A stretch of 64,000 bases of DNA from Vicugna vicugna (lineage: Eukaryota), in the NCBI GenBank assembly GCA_013265495.1, contig MU058289.1, positions 1,547,451 to 1,611,450 on the forward strand, read 5' to 3'. Under the pieces are notes generated by a model. The model saw only the letters and a program-made list of their open reading frames with translations, searched no databases and was not told where the DNA came from. The translations under genes and the position numbers were made by a program. Numbering within the stretch: position 1 is the first letter of the stretch; each line of letters opens with the position of its first letter. Positions 1 to 12,816 of this stretch are shown here, in pieces.

Positions 1-627
1 ATGGCTTCTGGTTCTCTTTGAAATAGATGGCAAGGCTGTTTGCTGACTACAGAGGTGATTACAGAAAAGTACTAAGTTTTGCTGGCAATGTTGAGGACCT
101 AGTAGAGAGCAGTCATCAGATTTACAGTGGTACTAATTCTCTTCTGTGATCTCTTCTGCAGGACATAACCCTCTGGGTGAATACTGACAATGTTGGTGGT
201 GGGGGTAGATGCTTGTATGGTCGGGGTTTCTCTAGGAAGGAGCACAAGATCAAAAGAGGAGCAAAGGAGATTAGGGTATTTGTGAGACAAATGATTGGAT
301 CATGGAGTTTAGGCTGGTTGGAGATGGCGGTAGGGAAAGCAAAAAATGGGAGCTAATGAATCAAAAGTAGAAAGATTCCTGACCTGGAAGCTAAAAGCAG
401 TTACTGAGCAAGGGAGTGGTTAGGTCACTGCATATACGTGTGTTTGTTTCTTGAGCAAGCCAGTTGGAAGATCAACGTGTGAGGTGTCTAATACCCATGA
501 TTCAGAGGTGATGCAGCTGAGGTTGATGGACAAGGTCCAGGTGTGTCCACAGGTTTGGGTGGGAGATGAGAAGAAATGGTCACAGGGCAAGGAACAGGAA
601 CCAGGGTGTAGGATGGATCTAGAAGAG

Positions 628-1096
628 TTAACAAAGCAGTCCCGAATGCTGTCCTTTATAAAGACTGCTTACAAGTTTGGCCTTCGACTGACATCTGGAA
701 ATCTAGACTTGAGAAGGATTTCTATCATCCTCACTATACCTAAATTGTTTGTACGAACAACGTGGTTTACTTGTGCTTTACTTCTGGGAGTCTGGGATTT
801 TGGTATGTGCCAAGAAGAGGCTGCCTACGTTACCAGCCCCCGATCAAAACCCTGGGCACTCAGCCTCTAATGAGCTTCCCTGGTAGACAACATTCCACAC
901 ATGTTGAAACATCTCATCGCTGGGGAATGAAGTGCGTCTTTCATGACTCCACTTTCAAAGTCCCTTCTGGACGTGTGAGCCTGGCTTAGTCTAGACTTTG
1001 CCCAAGTGTCTTTTCCTTTGATAATTCTGCTTTGCATCTTTTTGCTGTAAGAAATCGTAACCATGAGTATGATTGTCCTGGGGACTCCCAACACAG
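628..1096 (+). mobile_element. MER68-like ERVL LTR
   Basis: cttctgggagtctgggattttggtatgtgc...ccagccccc...ctctaatgagcttccctggtagacaacat...ctcccaacaca resembles the recalled consensus. Confidence 0.55.
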
Positions 1097-4000
1097 ATGG
1101 GTAAACCACACAGATGTTGAAGTCATTTGGAATAATATAAGTATAGAGGAAGAGAAAGGCAGGTATACTTTTTTTAAGGAGATGGGTAGTAATCAGGTCA
1201 TTACAAGATCATAACCACGTAAGTGAAGGGATTACAAAAGCCTTAAAAGAGTAAGTAGGGGTTTTACCGAGAGGGGAGGGAGCATGGACACCAAGCCTAC
1301 ATCCTGAACGTAGGTTTGTAGGACGAGGAATACTTCAGTTCTGCCACTGGGAAGGGTGCTATGTGGAGCAGTGCCTTTAGGGGACAAAGGCTAGGCACAG
1401 AAAGGATTAACCTTGCATCTGCTCTAACACATACATCTATGCCTACATCTATAGCACCTCAGGGTTTTCTGATACTTTATTTCTAGTAACAAATAACTAG
1501 CAGTAGCACAGTGGTGTGGAGTAGCACCATAGCTGTGCACGACTATCTTTCATAGTACTCAAAGTCCTTAAGAGGTTTAAGTCAGTATTCCTTTCACCCA
1601 CTCTAACTTCAGCTTCTCTTGCTGAGGAAAAAAGTGTCCGCATTATTTTAACAGCCAAAAGCTAGAAACTACCCAAATGCAGTAGAATGGATAAACTGTG
1701 GCCTATTAATACAATGGAATATTATACTGCAACAAAAATGAACACTCCACAGTCAAATGCAACAATGTGGATGAATCTCACAAACACAACGCTGAGCAAA
1801 GAAGCTAAGCACAAAAAAGTACATACTGCGTAATTCCATTTAAGAACAAAAACAAGGAAAAGCAATCTATGCTGTTAGAAGTCAGGATAGTGGTTACCCT
1901 TGAGGGGGTGGGGGCTACTGGGAGTTGTAGAGGGGCTTCTGGGTACTCTTTACATAGGTAATTATGATATGTGTGCTTTTCTGTGTGCACATTATACTTT
2001 AAAATAAAACAGTGCTACTCAATATACTAAGTGAAAAAAGCAAGTTTCACAATAGTTTATATACTATGAATCCATTTTTGTCGAAAAGCACATGTCTGTA
2101 CAGAACAATGCCAGGCAAAATATATAGCCAAATGGTTTTGACTATGGTTAGCTTTGGGTAGTGGGGCTGTAGATTTTCTTTTCTTTCTTCTTTTCCCTTA
2201 TTTATTTTTAAAAACCACCTTCCATACTGCCCATATCCTTTTTACAATGTATTACTTGTACAAAAACAAAACCATACCTAATTCCATTTTGTAACTGCAA
2301 ACTGCAAGGTTCCAATACTCACTGAAATGCCATTAAATACTGGAATGGACAAAGGGATAACCATCATCCAACTAATCCATTAAAAAAAATTTACGAAACA
2401 ATTTCAGCACAAGCAAAATCCTGAATTGCAATGTTGGGATTTGCATTCTCATCAACAATCCTGTGTGAGGCCAGCAGCAGAGGATTATCAGGATTAAGTG
2501 AGCACCAGGATTATAGAAGCACACTCCAGACATCTAGTAAACATGTTCCTGTCCCCTGTACTGGGATGACTGTAAACCATTCACTGGAATTCATTACAGT
2601 CTCACCCTGGCCCAGGCTTCTCACACTTTCTCAAAATTGGCATTCTTTGCTCTCTCCCCTTCCACTTGTAGACTGTTCTTCGAGTTTGGAGGCAAAGGCA
2701 AGACTTTCTGGGTCATGAGCTCCTTGCTGGCCGCTCTCAGTTGTTTCTGTGCACCTAAACTATGAGTCACCCTAAGAAAGGCTTATTATTGAACTGAAAT
2801 ATGCTTTGGCCTCACAGAGCTGCTTTGTTTCTTTATAAACCACAATATGAACATCACTGCATTTTAAAGCATTTCCCTAAGATCAACATTCACGGTGAAC
2901 CAGAATCAGACTCGGGTTGATTTTGATATGTTTGTGAGCTAAACCCCAAAACATTTTTATTAGTCAGCCAAATTTGTTAAATATGAACCGAGCTGGAACG
3001 TAAAGGACACCCATACCACTGACTCACAGCTCAGTACCATCATTGAGAACAGAAACCACATTAGATTCAGACGCACCACGTGCTCTTGGAGCCAGATTTA
3101 TAAATGTCTCAAACCACAAGCTCGCTTTTCACTAGCCCTGACTGAAAAGCAGGATAACCTCTGCTCCTCAGGAGGCTATTACCCAACAAGAGCAGTGCCT
3201 GGGACCTGGATCTTTAGCTTCCCCGTGTACGCACCAGCTGGCTGAAATGCTGCTGCTGGCCTCTACGTCTCTGCTGCTCAAAGTTAACACCCTCTCTTAC
3301 TTCCCTCACGTGACCAGCTCCTACTCAGGGGATACCTCTTCCAAGAAGTTGTCCCAGTGCCTCTACCTTCAGAGAACTAAAGTGGCCTGCTCTGAGCTAA
3401 TCCCCGCTAGGCATCCTGAGATCCAGAGATTAATGATTCTACTTTACTTTCCTAAGTTTGATTCCCATTGTACTAATACTTGCATCTTTTAAAAACACAG
3501 TCAAAACAGGGTAAACTAAGTAAACTGGTGACATCTGAGCTCCTAAGAAACCATTCACCTTCATTACCTTATACTGTGACACTCCCCCAACTGTCACTGT
3601 TTAAACCAGTTTATAGTATCTGAATAGGGCAGGGGGATCCTGTCACACTGAACCACTGAATCCAGACAGAATTAGATCTGAACTGTTACTACAGGGCTTC
3701 ACAGAAGGAGCGCCTTCTCTTTCAGGCAGACAACCAGAGACAGGGACAAGTCACATAAAAGTGAGACAGAAACAACATACACCCATTTCTTATATGCCAG
3801 GAACTGAGTCTCAATCTCCCCGTTTCCCCCTACACTGTCCTGCAGAAATGTGCCCCATCTTCCACTCAGTCCCTTCCCACTCTTCATGCCCCAGTCACAA
3901 CCTGGACATGAGATTTGGAAGGATGGAGAAATGATAAAATAATCCTACATGGAAACACCACCAAGGCCCCTACAAGGAAGGGGCTAGATTTGATGAGCCA

Positions 4001-5017
4001 GCTGTGAAGTTTTAAATTTGTCTTTCTAAACCTGCCTGATCAGAACTACCTGTGAGACAGACCAATTCCCAGGTTCCACTACAGAATTTCAGAATCGAAC
4101 TCTTCAGGTGTGAAGCGTGGGAGTTTGTACTTTGTAAATCAACTACACTTCAGTTAAATAAAAGTAAAAATAAAAATGTGCTCCTCAGCTGATTCTGATA
4201 AGAGATTTATGAACTACTGAGAGAGAACAGGAAGAAGTGGTAATTTCTACATGATAAATGACTTGCCAAGATGCTGCCAGTGCTCCTGTAAGTATGGTCC
4301 TTTCTTTTCATATACCATGTAAAGACTCCTCAGTGAAGTTTTTAAAAATTTGTTGGGGGGTGGGAGAGGGAATTATTTCCCAAATCATTGTCCTTCCAGC
4401 ATTTCTCAAAGTGGAAGGGCCACTGATGCACTTTAGGCTGGATAACTGGATACGGCACTGTCCAGCATAGCACAGGACATTAACTATCCGGGCCCTTACT
4501 CTTAAATGCCAGTGTGGTCCCCCAAAACACCTGTTTTCACACTCTTGAATGCTCCCCGGATGTCAGTTCACCCCCGATTAAGAGCCATTGAGCTGAATTA
4601 ATATTCGTGACCTCTTCCCCTAGCCTTCACATTAAGTTGTGCTTTTGGAGGGAGAAATGGTCTATCCAAAGATGAGTTTAGGAGGAATCAGCCCTTCCCT
4701 CTTTCCACCTGCGTGTCCACAGAGGGTACACTCTTAACCTGAGGCTGGCTTGTGCCTGCTTGGTTTAGTCTCCTCATGTCATGGATTGTAACTCAGGAGC
4801 TGTCTATACTCTAGGAGGGGGAGAAAGGGCTTTGAGTTTTACCTAAAAACCTAGGAAAAAAAAAAATCCTAGGGGAAAAAAGTAAGAATTTAGTTATTTT
4901 AGGGATATAAACATGATCACAATTCCACTCTTGGATGTTAAAGATACCTTCCACTATGTTTTTCTATTGTTAAGAGAGTATCACTGTTTAAAGAGAAAGA
5001 ACTTTGACGAACATTTT

Positions 5018-5036
5018 TTTATTGAACAGTTTTATT
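5018..5036 (-). terminator. Distal polyadenylation signals (two AATAAA, 5031-5036 and 5018-5023)
   Basis: TTTATT twice on the + strand, followed on the minus strand by GT/T-rich sequence. Confidence 0.7.
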
Positions 5037-6214
5037 CTGTCTTAGAATAAAAACCTCACTTTAATATTGCAAGGTGCACTGCAGGTATGCCATGCTGCCA
5101 GTTATCACTGGGACACCAAATGCCCTAATCAGTGACCCAGAAGGCTTGGGAAATGCATGAATTCATACTTTCAAAGTAGGCAGAACTGGTATTTACAGTT
5201 TTCCTTCTTCAAATCAGCCTGGGACATCTCAAACAGTCTACGCAGGTATTGCCATAGCACTCGCTTTGATATTCAGAATGCCTCAGAAATGTGTTCAATA
5301 TCATGACTTGTGGGTCCTCCAAAAGACTTTGTTCTTAACATGCAAGCAAACAGTATTAAACAAATTATCTAAACTATGGCTGCCAAGTATTGAACCTTAA
5401 TAATGAAACCAAACTACAAAACATCTTCTTGTAGAGCTATACAAAAGATATAAAATTAAAATTAAAAATATCAACCACCATTAAATATTCCAATCCTCCT
5501 ACAATGCAGTTTTTCTTATCTTTATCACTACTGAATATTTTAAGGAGAAAGTTAACAAAAATCAAAATAGATAAAATATTTAAATCTTTGGATTCTTTTA
5601 TTCCATGGCCTCCAGAAAAACACAAAAACGGCCAGATTTTTCCCACTATAGCCTAAAATGACAAAAAGATTTACCAGTAATTTATAATTAGCAATGAACT
5701 CTATACTGAGTCATTTGTGGGTCAGAGGCCGAAGGACCAGTGTTACGTTATCCTGTAGGTTGCCAAAATAATTTCTAACGCTCTGAATCCTGAAATATAA
5801 TGGAGTAAGTCAGGGTATCACAACAAACTTCCAGGCATATCAGGAAGAACAGGTTAGTTGACACTCAGTTTTATTGTCTTAAAAAAGGAGGGGAGGTACT
5901 TATTTGAAAATACAGTTAAGTACATTCTTATCTATGATTATTTACATTTGTATACTGAAAATATCTATTATTTGGATAAATCCTGTGATATGCCATTTGC
6001 TACAAAATAAAGTTCTTACAATGAGCATGAGTAATTTATCCTTTTTAGATAATGGAAGAATGTATCAAATCTTCATTTATGTTCCAAACATTAAAAAAAA
6101 AAAAAATCAAAAATCGTAAGCCTGGAAAGCTATGAAGAAAAGACCCACCCATAGCTCTCTTCCTCAGCGCATCAACTTCTGAAAGAACACAGTATGTTTG
6201 CTGACTTTAAAATG

Positions 6215-6220
6215 TTTATT
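6215..6220 (-). terminator. Candidate proximal polyadenylation signal (further AATAAA at 5870-5875 and 5597-5602)
   Basis: Canonical hexamer within the 3' UTR; usage cannot be shown from sequence alone. Confidence 0.45.
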
Positions 6221-6456
6221 CTTTAAAAAATTAGTTGCTTTTTATACAGCTATACAAAGTTCTTAATGTTTCTTTGGCAATGGAATATAATGGAATTTTA
6301 CAACTATATAAAAAAGTTACCTTTGCCTAAGAAACAGTATTTACTGTGTATACATCGTTTACTGACAAAATTCTCTACCATCCAGCACCCTAATTAATTG
6401 ACAAAATAAGCTACCTCAAAAGGGATATTACAGGATTTCCAAAAAGAAAGAAATAA

Positions 6457-6500
6457 ACACACACACACACACATACACACACTCACACCCACACACACAC
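6457..6500. repeat. Imperfect (CA)n microsatellite, read as (UG)n in the LSM14A 3' UTR
   Basis: Seen directly. Confidence 0.9.
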
Positions 6501-6897
6501 CCTCCTCTGGCTCAAAACACAGTATCACGGCCCTATCTGCAGGAAACTTGCAATAATTGCCAAATACAATTTAGTGATAAGAAAAACCCTTTCAGTGATG
6601 AAAAAATACTTGTAAGTCCCACTGGAGTACTGTTTTAGTTTAACTATACATAAGAAATTACTTAGCCTTCTGCTATTCCAAATATATTTAATGCTCATTT
6701 TTTAAGATGAGCCCCCCCCACCCCCCGAAAAGTAACTGCATTGAATCTTTGAAATTAAGCAGGAAAACAACCAAAAACCCAGTGCTGGTGACAAATATAC
6801 AGCAAAATCACTTCTTCATTCTTCGCACAGATTGAAACCAATTCTCAGGAACATGAAGAGCTAGAAATCCATCTACTTTCAAAGACTTGTTTGTAGA

Positions 6898-6921
6898 CTA
6901 TGCAGCAACTTTGTTGTCTTT
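6898..6921 (-). CDS. LSM14A: LSM14A terminal exon coding part KDNKVAA*
   Basis: tttttag|AAA GAC AAC AAA GTT GCT GCA TAG; total CDS 1392 nt = 463 aa. Confidence 0.92.
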   Translation of the reverse strand, partial: KDNKVAA

Positions 6922-7890
6922 CTAAAAAGGAAAAAGAAATTAGCTCAAGTTTCAAAGTATTGGTTTATTAGTAAGCATTTTTAATTTGTGTAAGTATATT
7001 TCCTTTAAATATACCCTCCTCTTGCTTTCATGTATAAATCCATTTTACTGATTTCCAGGACACATCTTTCGTCACTTACACATCCAGCAGTAGCTCATAA
7101 TTTGTTAACTGTATTTTCCAGTTAGCAGAGGTTACAGCAGTGGTGGTGTGGGCTTGTCTTAGCAAGGCGGCTTCCCCCACCCTCGCTAAGATACAGGCAT
7201 ACTCCACTTTGGTTGCTGTCCTAATAATTTTTTAAAATAATGATAGAACTTAATCAAGCCTTGAACATAGTAGGTCAAACTCATCAGATACAACTGACAA
7301 CATACTGTGAGACTAATAAAATCCCCAAGTCTTTGATGGTTTTACTAAGCAACAAAATATCCAGAGAGTAAAACAACATTCCTCTCCAAAGTTTCATGCC
7401 AGGACAAAGCAGTGATTTGGAAATTCATTTTAAAAAGACAACTTAAATCTAAAGTAAGTTCTAAATATCAGACTGTTGACTGGGAAATTTTTATAAAAGT
7501 AACCAGGGAAAAAGCAATAAAAATCTCAAGGGGACTCTAGTTCTCCAGGGAGATTAACTCTAAACTAAAGGCTTGTACTCAGCCATCATAGTCAAGGGCT
7601 TCTATTTTCCACAAGATTAGTTGCTACCATATACTGGATTTTTACTGCTGATTCTTAGTTGCTTAGAAATACACAGTTCCTATATTAAAGCCTTAACTAT
7701 ATCTGTGTATACAACACAAAATCATTTGTACAATGTTATTAAGTTAGAATATATATGGCATGGTGTAAACTGGTACAGAGAGAAATAAGCTGAGGATAAT
7801 CCCACTGTCCCCCACCAATGCCAACCTTCACATGCCTTATTTTTTTTTTTTTTTAACCTTTCAGAAAGCTGTATGGTCAATCCAGACCTT

Positions 7891-7914
7891 TTAGGGTCCA
7901 AAAGCTGTGGTTTT
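7891..7914 (-). CDS. LSM14A: LSM14A alternative C-terminus KTTAFGP* (coding part of a cassette exon at about 7858..7914)
   Basis: ttttag|AAA ACC ACA GCT TTT GGA CCC TAA after a long pyrimidine tract; candidate donor AAAG|gttaaa at 7857; matches a mammalian LSM14A isoform tail as I recall it. Confidence 0.88.
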   Translation of the reverse strand, partial: KTTAFGP

Positions 7915-10833
7915 CTAAAAGGTTAAAAAAAAAAAAAGAAAGCAAAACAAAGAGGAAAAGAAGTAGAGTGAAGGCAGGAGAAGGGGGAGACAGAGGTAGC
8001 AGGAAGAAGAGAAAATAAAAGGGGGAAAGAGAGAGACAGTACCATGCTGAGTCATTTCAAATACCTCACTGTCCCTGGACCCTCTCTGAAGGAACACAGA
8101 TTCAAATGGAAAGCGATCTGTCTCACTCATAGTGGCTTAACCTCCTTAGCAGCATTTAAAATAGGAGTGGGCTATACATTCTTATTATCCCCAGCCTGAT
8201 CTCCCACCCCCAAAAAAAGAGAGAAAAGAAAAACACTACAGGACCCTACTCACCACAAGTTTATGTTTCTAACACTATTCTTAAGCAAAACTGGGCTGGA
8301 AGTCAGAGTATGAGTTTTGGCTTTATTAGCTTGTACTTAGATCAAGAGAGTTAATTTCTCTGAGTCCGTGGTTTCCTAACTATTGGGAGTATGGTGGGAG
8401 AGAGGTTCTAGGCTGTTATCTCTAAGGAGTTAAAAAAAAAAATCCACAATCCCTTCTTTACCCACGTTTCATTAAATAACCAGATAAACTTGTAAGTTCA
8501 TGCCAAGGGAGCATAAAGAACAAAGCTAACACGTTACATGAAGCCTGCTGCAAATGCCATTGCACTCCATCTCTAAGAAGATATTTCAGAAACGAGTTTA
8601 ATCCCTGAGAGAAATCTCCTTTATGTAACAGTGGTCACTCACTATTTCCGTATGTAAAGGCAGCAGATGATATGATTTAGAAGGCATAGGCTGTTGAGAA
8701 TGTCAGGGATCTAGCGGCAGACAGAAGGATCATTCAGCTATGGAATGGACAATCAACGGCTAGCCACACTGATGGAACTTCAGCCTCACTGAATGAGGAA
8801 GAAACGTATTTTTAATCAACATGCCCAGTACTTACTTCAAGCCCATTATGGCTCCGTGCTGAGATAGGTGTTCTGGTGGAAAGAAAAGTAAAATACATAT
8901 TCACTAATGCCAAGAGGCTCCCATCTAGTTGGCGATGCAGAACAAAGTAAAACACATGAAATAGGGAATATATTTAAAATGTGTACTGATGAAAGCAGAT
9001 ACCACAGGAGGTCAGAAAAGGAAGACATCAGTGGAGGAAGGAAGAGAAGTTTCTAAGGATAGAGCAAATCTTAGGCAAGACTGAAAGGAGTCCTGACTTT
9101 TAGCTGTTCCTGTCTCCCCACTAGACTGTAAACACCAAGAAGCCTGGGACTGCATGTTTTGTTACCACCAATGTCCAGCATAGAGCCTGGCATATATGAC
9201 GAATTTGATATACTTGGTCAATAAATGAGGTTAAAGCTGGAATCAAGCAGTATGTATAAGAGATGACCATGAGCCAACCTGCTTGAATCAAATAGGCTAA
9301 AGGGTAATAAGAAATAGGGCAGAATGTATCATAGTGGGACCCTCACAGAGTGAAAAGAGCAAGCAGTGCAATATCACATTAGAACCTTCAAACCATCAGG
9401 GTAATGCCTGAGGTCCAGTGAATGTATCACCCCTTAAAATATCAAAGTAGATGTTGATCTATCTGCCAGGGAAATAGCACTGCAGATAAAGACTCATGTA
9501 GACAACCTCTATAATGCATTCTAATTCTGCAGTATATATGATAGGAGTTTTAACTAAAGGCTCAAAATGGCTGGACAGTGAGACATGGCATTAATAAGTG
9601 TATGTACTATGTACACAGTGGTTCTGCAAAGGTTTACTGATGACTGTTCAGATAAAGGGGAGTAATGGTCTGGTCTTACACAGAGAATATGACAGATGTT
9701 TTTTTCAAATTATCTGAAAAACATGAAGAAGAGTATATTCTGTTTGTTGGAAAGGTAGTTAAACGATTAGGTTGAAAATAGAAGGGGAAAGATTTTCATT
9801 CAAATTATGTGTATGTCTGTGAATTCCTAATAATTAGAGCATCCATGGGGTGGGAATGGATGCTCTCAGGAGGAGTAAGCTCCCAACCGCTATAAGAGAT
9901 ACCAAGGGAAGAGGTTACAGTTTGGCCAGGAGGTTATACATCTCAGATGTTTTCCAACTCTGAGACTTCAATGAACTTTAAAATAAGGTGCATTTGAGAT
10001 AAAACTGTGCAACTCTCTATCCACAAATATCAAAACTGATGGCCTGAAAGGTTTAACAACTCAACAGAGGGCACGCTAGCAATAATTATTAAAATTCCAG
10101 TAAGTTTCAAGTCTAATTTAAACATACTTTTTCTCAAACCAAGCTGACTCAATGTGGTCTTCAACAAGGAGTTGCCATTGGCTCTTCAGCAGGTAGCTGA
10201 CATGCCTGAAGTGAGGTAAAGAGAGACTGAAGGTCTGAAGACCAATCAGTGGGTTAGTATGGCAGCTGAGAAACATCTCGAAGAAATGGATGTGGGACCT
10301 GATAATGGGCCATGATCATGGATACCGCCACTGCCCAGGATAGAAAAAGAATGTCAGACTGAGATGATGCAAAGGCAGGAAGATGATGAGGTCATTGTGA
10401 AGAAGGTTAAGTTTAAGTTGATCACAGGACATAACGCACACAAACACAGAGAAATGCCGATGAAAGCATACAAGATCTAAGCTGAAAAACTGATTAAAAG
10501 CTAAGAATAGACAAGCTCAGAAAAGGGAAGGGGAAACTCGCAGGTGAGGAAGGGAGAGAGAAAGCTCACGTATACACAAGAGTGCAAACGTGAACATGAA
10601 CACTCGAAAGAGAGCAAACTGAACACTACAGGCAGAAGGAATAGGTAAAAAGGTCCTGAGATAGGAATAAGCTTGGCACTAAACAAGAGCTAGAAGGCCC
10701 GCAGGTCTGTAGCAGAAGGAATGAAGAACAGGGCAGTCCCACTGGCAACAAGGCCTAGAGCAAGCACTAGACTTCTGACCTGGAGAGCAGCCAGATCATG
10801 ACGTGCCCTTATACGCTGTGTTGAGGAACATGG

Positions 10834-11025
10834 TTTTGTTTTTTTTTTTTTAATTGAAGTATAGTTAGTTTACAAGGTGTCAATTTCTGGTGTACAGCAT
10901 AATGTTTCAGTCACACATATATTTGTTTTCATATTCTTTTTCATTATAGGTTACTCTAAGATACCGAATACAGTTCCCTGTGAAGAAACTTGTGTTTATC
11001 TATTTTATACATAGTAGTTAATAGA
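10834..11025 (-). mobile_element. Short L1 3'-end fragment
   Basis: Poly(T) then aattgaagtatagttagtttacaa...tctggtgtacagcataatgtttcagtc, matching the L1 tail at 40.1 kb. Confidence 0.75.
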
Positions 11026-11794
11026 ACATGTGTTATTTTTATAAAGAAAATAATATCAAAAGTGTTTAAAAAATCAGGAAGGAAGACCTGAAGTTGGGTA
11101 GGTGTATATCAACGCCATTGCAGAGGAGTTAAGGGCAAATATTTGTGAAAAGGCTACTGAATTCTATAAGCAAAAGGTCACTGGCAACTTCAAGAGGAGG
11201 AATAGTGGCAAGTAAGAGGTGTTCTGTAGTTCCCAAGACATAGTTTCTGAGCTGGAATGGCCATTTTGCAAGTTAGAAATCCTGCAGCTCCATCAGGTTG
11301 CATCCACCATGGCTGGATAGCCTGAGCTAATGACCTGAGGCTTATTTTCAGCAGTCCTGGCTATGATGACACAATACCAAAGGCATCAAAATTAACAGAA
11401 CAGACCCAAAAGCCACTAACACTGATCCTTTAAGAGGGATCTCAACAATGGTCAGTTTTAAATATTGAATAATGAAATTCCTGCTAGCAGGTCTTTCTGT
11501 TTCTCGCTGTTCTTTGCAATTCCTAGTAGATCTCTTTACGAAGTGATTTTCATTCTTTCTTTGATTATATACCTTCCTCCACACTATCCCTAAAATCAAT
11601 CAACTAGCATAGTAACATTGACTTAATTGACAGATCCTTTTAAATAAATTTTATATATAAACTTACTATTCAGAGCTAGTCTTTTTAGCAGCAGTTCCCA
11701 AATGCCAATATATTTTCAACACAAGTTAAAAAAAAAAAAACAAAAAACCCCAAAACACCAGGGAAAATGTAGTTGAGGTTTCCGCAAAACTAAA

Positions 11795-12055
11795 TTAAGA
11801 GCACTGACTCAGGAACAAAATCACTAGGTTCAAGACTCAGCCTGTGTATGTTCATGTGTGACTGAAGCATTATGCTGTACACCAGAAATTGACACAACAT
11901 TGTAAACTGACTAGACTTCAATAAAATACGTACATGATAAAAAGTTGACTCAGCATCATCAGTTACTAGTTGATCTTGGGCAAGTATTTTAGTATCTCTG
12001 TACCTATTTCCTCATTTGTACACATGAAACACTATATAAATGTTAGCTGCTATTA
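11795..12055. mobile_element. MIR fragment interrupted by a very short L1 tail (about 11842-11945)
   Basis: ttaagagcactgactc...ctaggttcaa...tcttgggcaagt...ttcctcatttgta; insert flanked by gactcagc repeats. Confidence 0.6.
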
Positions 12056-12584
12056 AGTGTATAGGTTTGCCTCCCATTTGGGAGTATGTTCTTCCTAGAT
12101 TCTTTTGGTGTTAAAGCATACTCTATAATATGAAATAAAGGTGACATAATATGGTCCTTTTTATACTGTATAATGTCTTTAGTGATTTCCTGTGCTTCCA
12201 ACAACAAAAGTTTTTGAAGGAGAAGAAATTAAAAAAAGAAATAACCCAAGGTCAGTCTAATAGTTTTTTTTGGAAGAAATTTTTAACAGTCCGTGAAATC
12301 TGAAACCATGGTTCTATAATAAAAAGACAAAATAGGGTATCATATTTTTATTTCTTACTTCCTCACACTGAAAAGGAAATAGTTAAAAAAAAACTTGGAT
12401 TCATTAGCCAAGAAGTTATTGCTCCTTAAAATTACATAAGTATTCTGCAGGTACACCCTCCTCTGAAAAATCAAAATGGAAGTTATATAAATGCCCTAAA
12501 AATATTTACTCAAAATAGATAAAAATTAAAAACATTTTGAGTTTCACAGAACTGCAAACCAACCCCAAAGCATACAATACTTAC

Positions 12585-12816
12585 CCTATATTCAAAATCT
12601 GCAAACTCCCTGCCCCCACGACCTCCTCTGAATCCACCACGAAATCCTCGAGGGGTGGTGAATGTACCACCTCGGCCACCACCACGCCCTCGGCCACCAC
12701 GGAAACCAAGACCTCCTCTCCCTCTGTACCCTCCACGGCCACGGTTTGGACGAAGTGGTATTCCAAATGTTTCCGCATTTAATCTTCTTTCTTCAGCCCA
12801 GGTTGGTCTCCGTTCT
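12585..12816 (-). CDS. LSM14A: LSM14A exon 9 (232 nt), TFG box ([13 protein letters not shown]) and second RGG box, ending FADFEYR
   Basis: Acceptor aatag|AG, donor AGG|gtaagt; lies within ORF 12510..12926. Confidence 0.96.

Larger units (their letters stand above)
5012..6897 (-). other. LSM14A: LSM14A 3' UTR (about 1.9 kb; 3' end approximate)
   Basis: AT-rich block with no recognisable interspersed repeat after the TAG, ending at paired AATAAA signals. Confidence 0.8.

Noticed and set aside
451..1214. Overlapping 60-139 aa ORFs at the window start
   Set aside because: They overlap an LTR-like repeat; no convincing splice structure or recognisable protein similarity.
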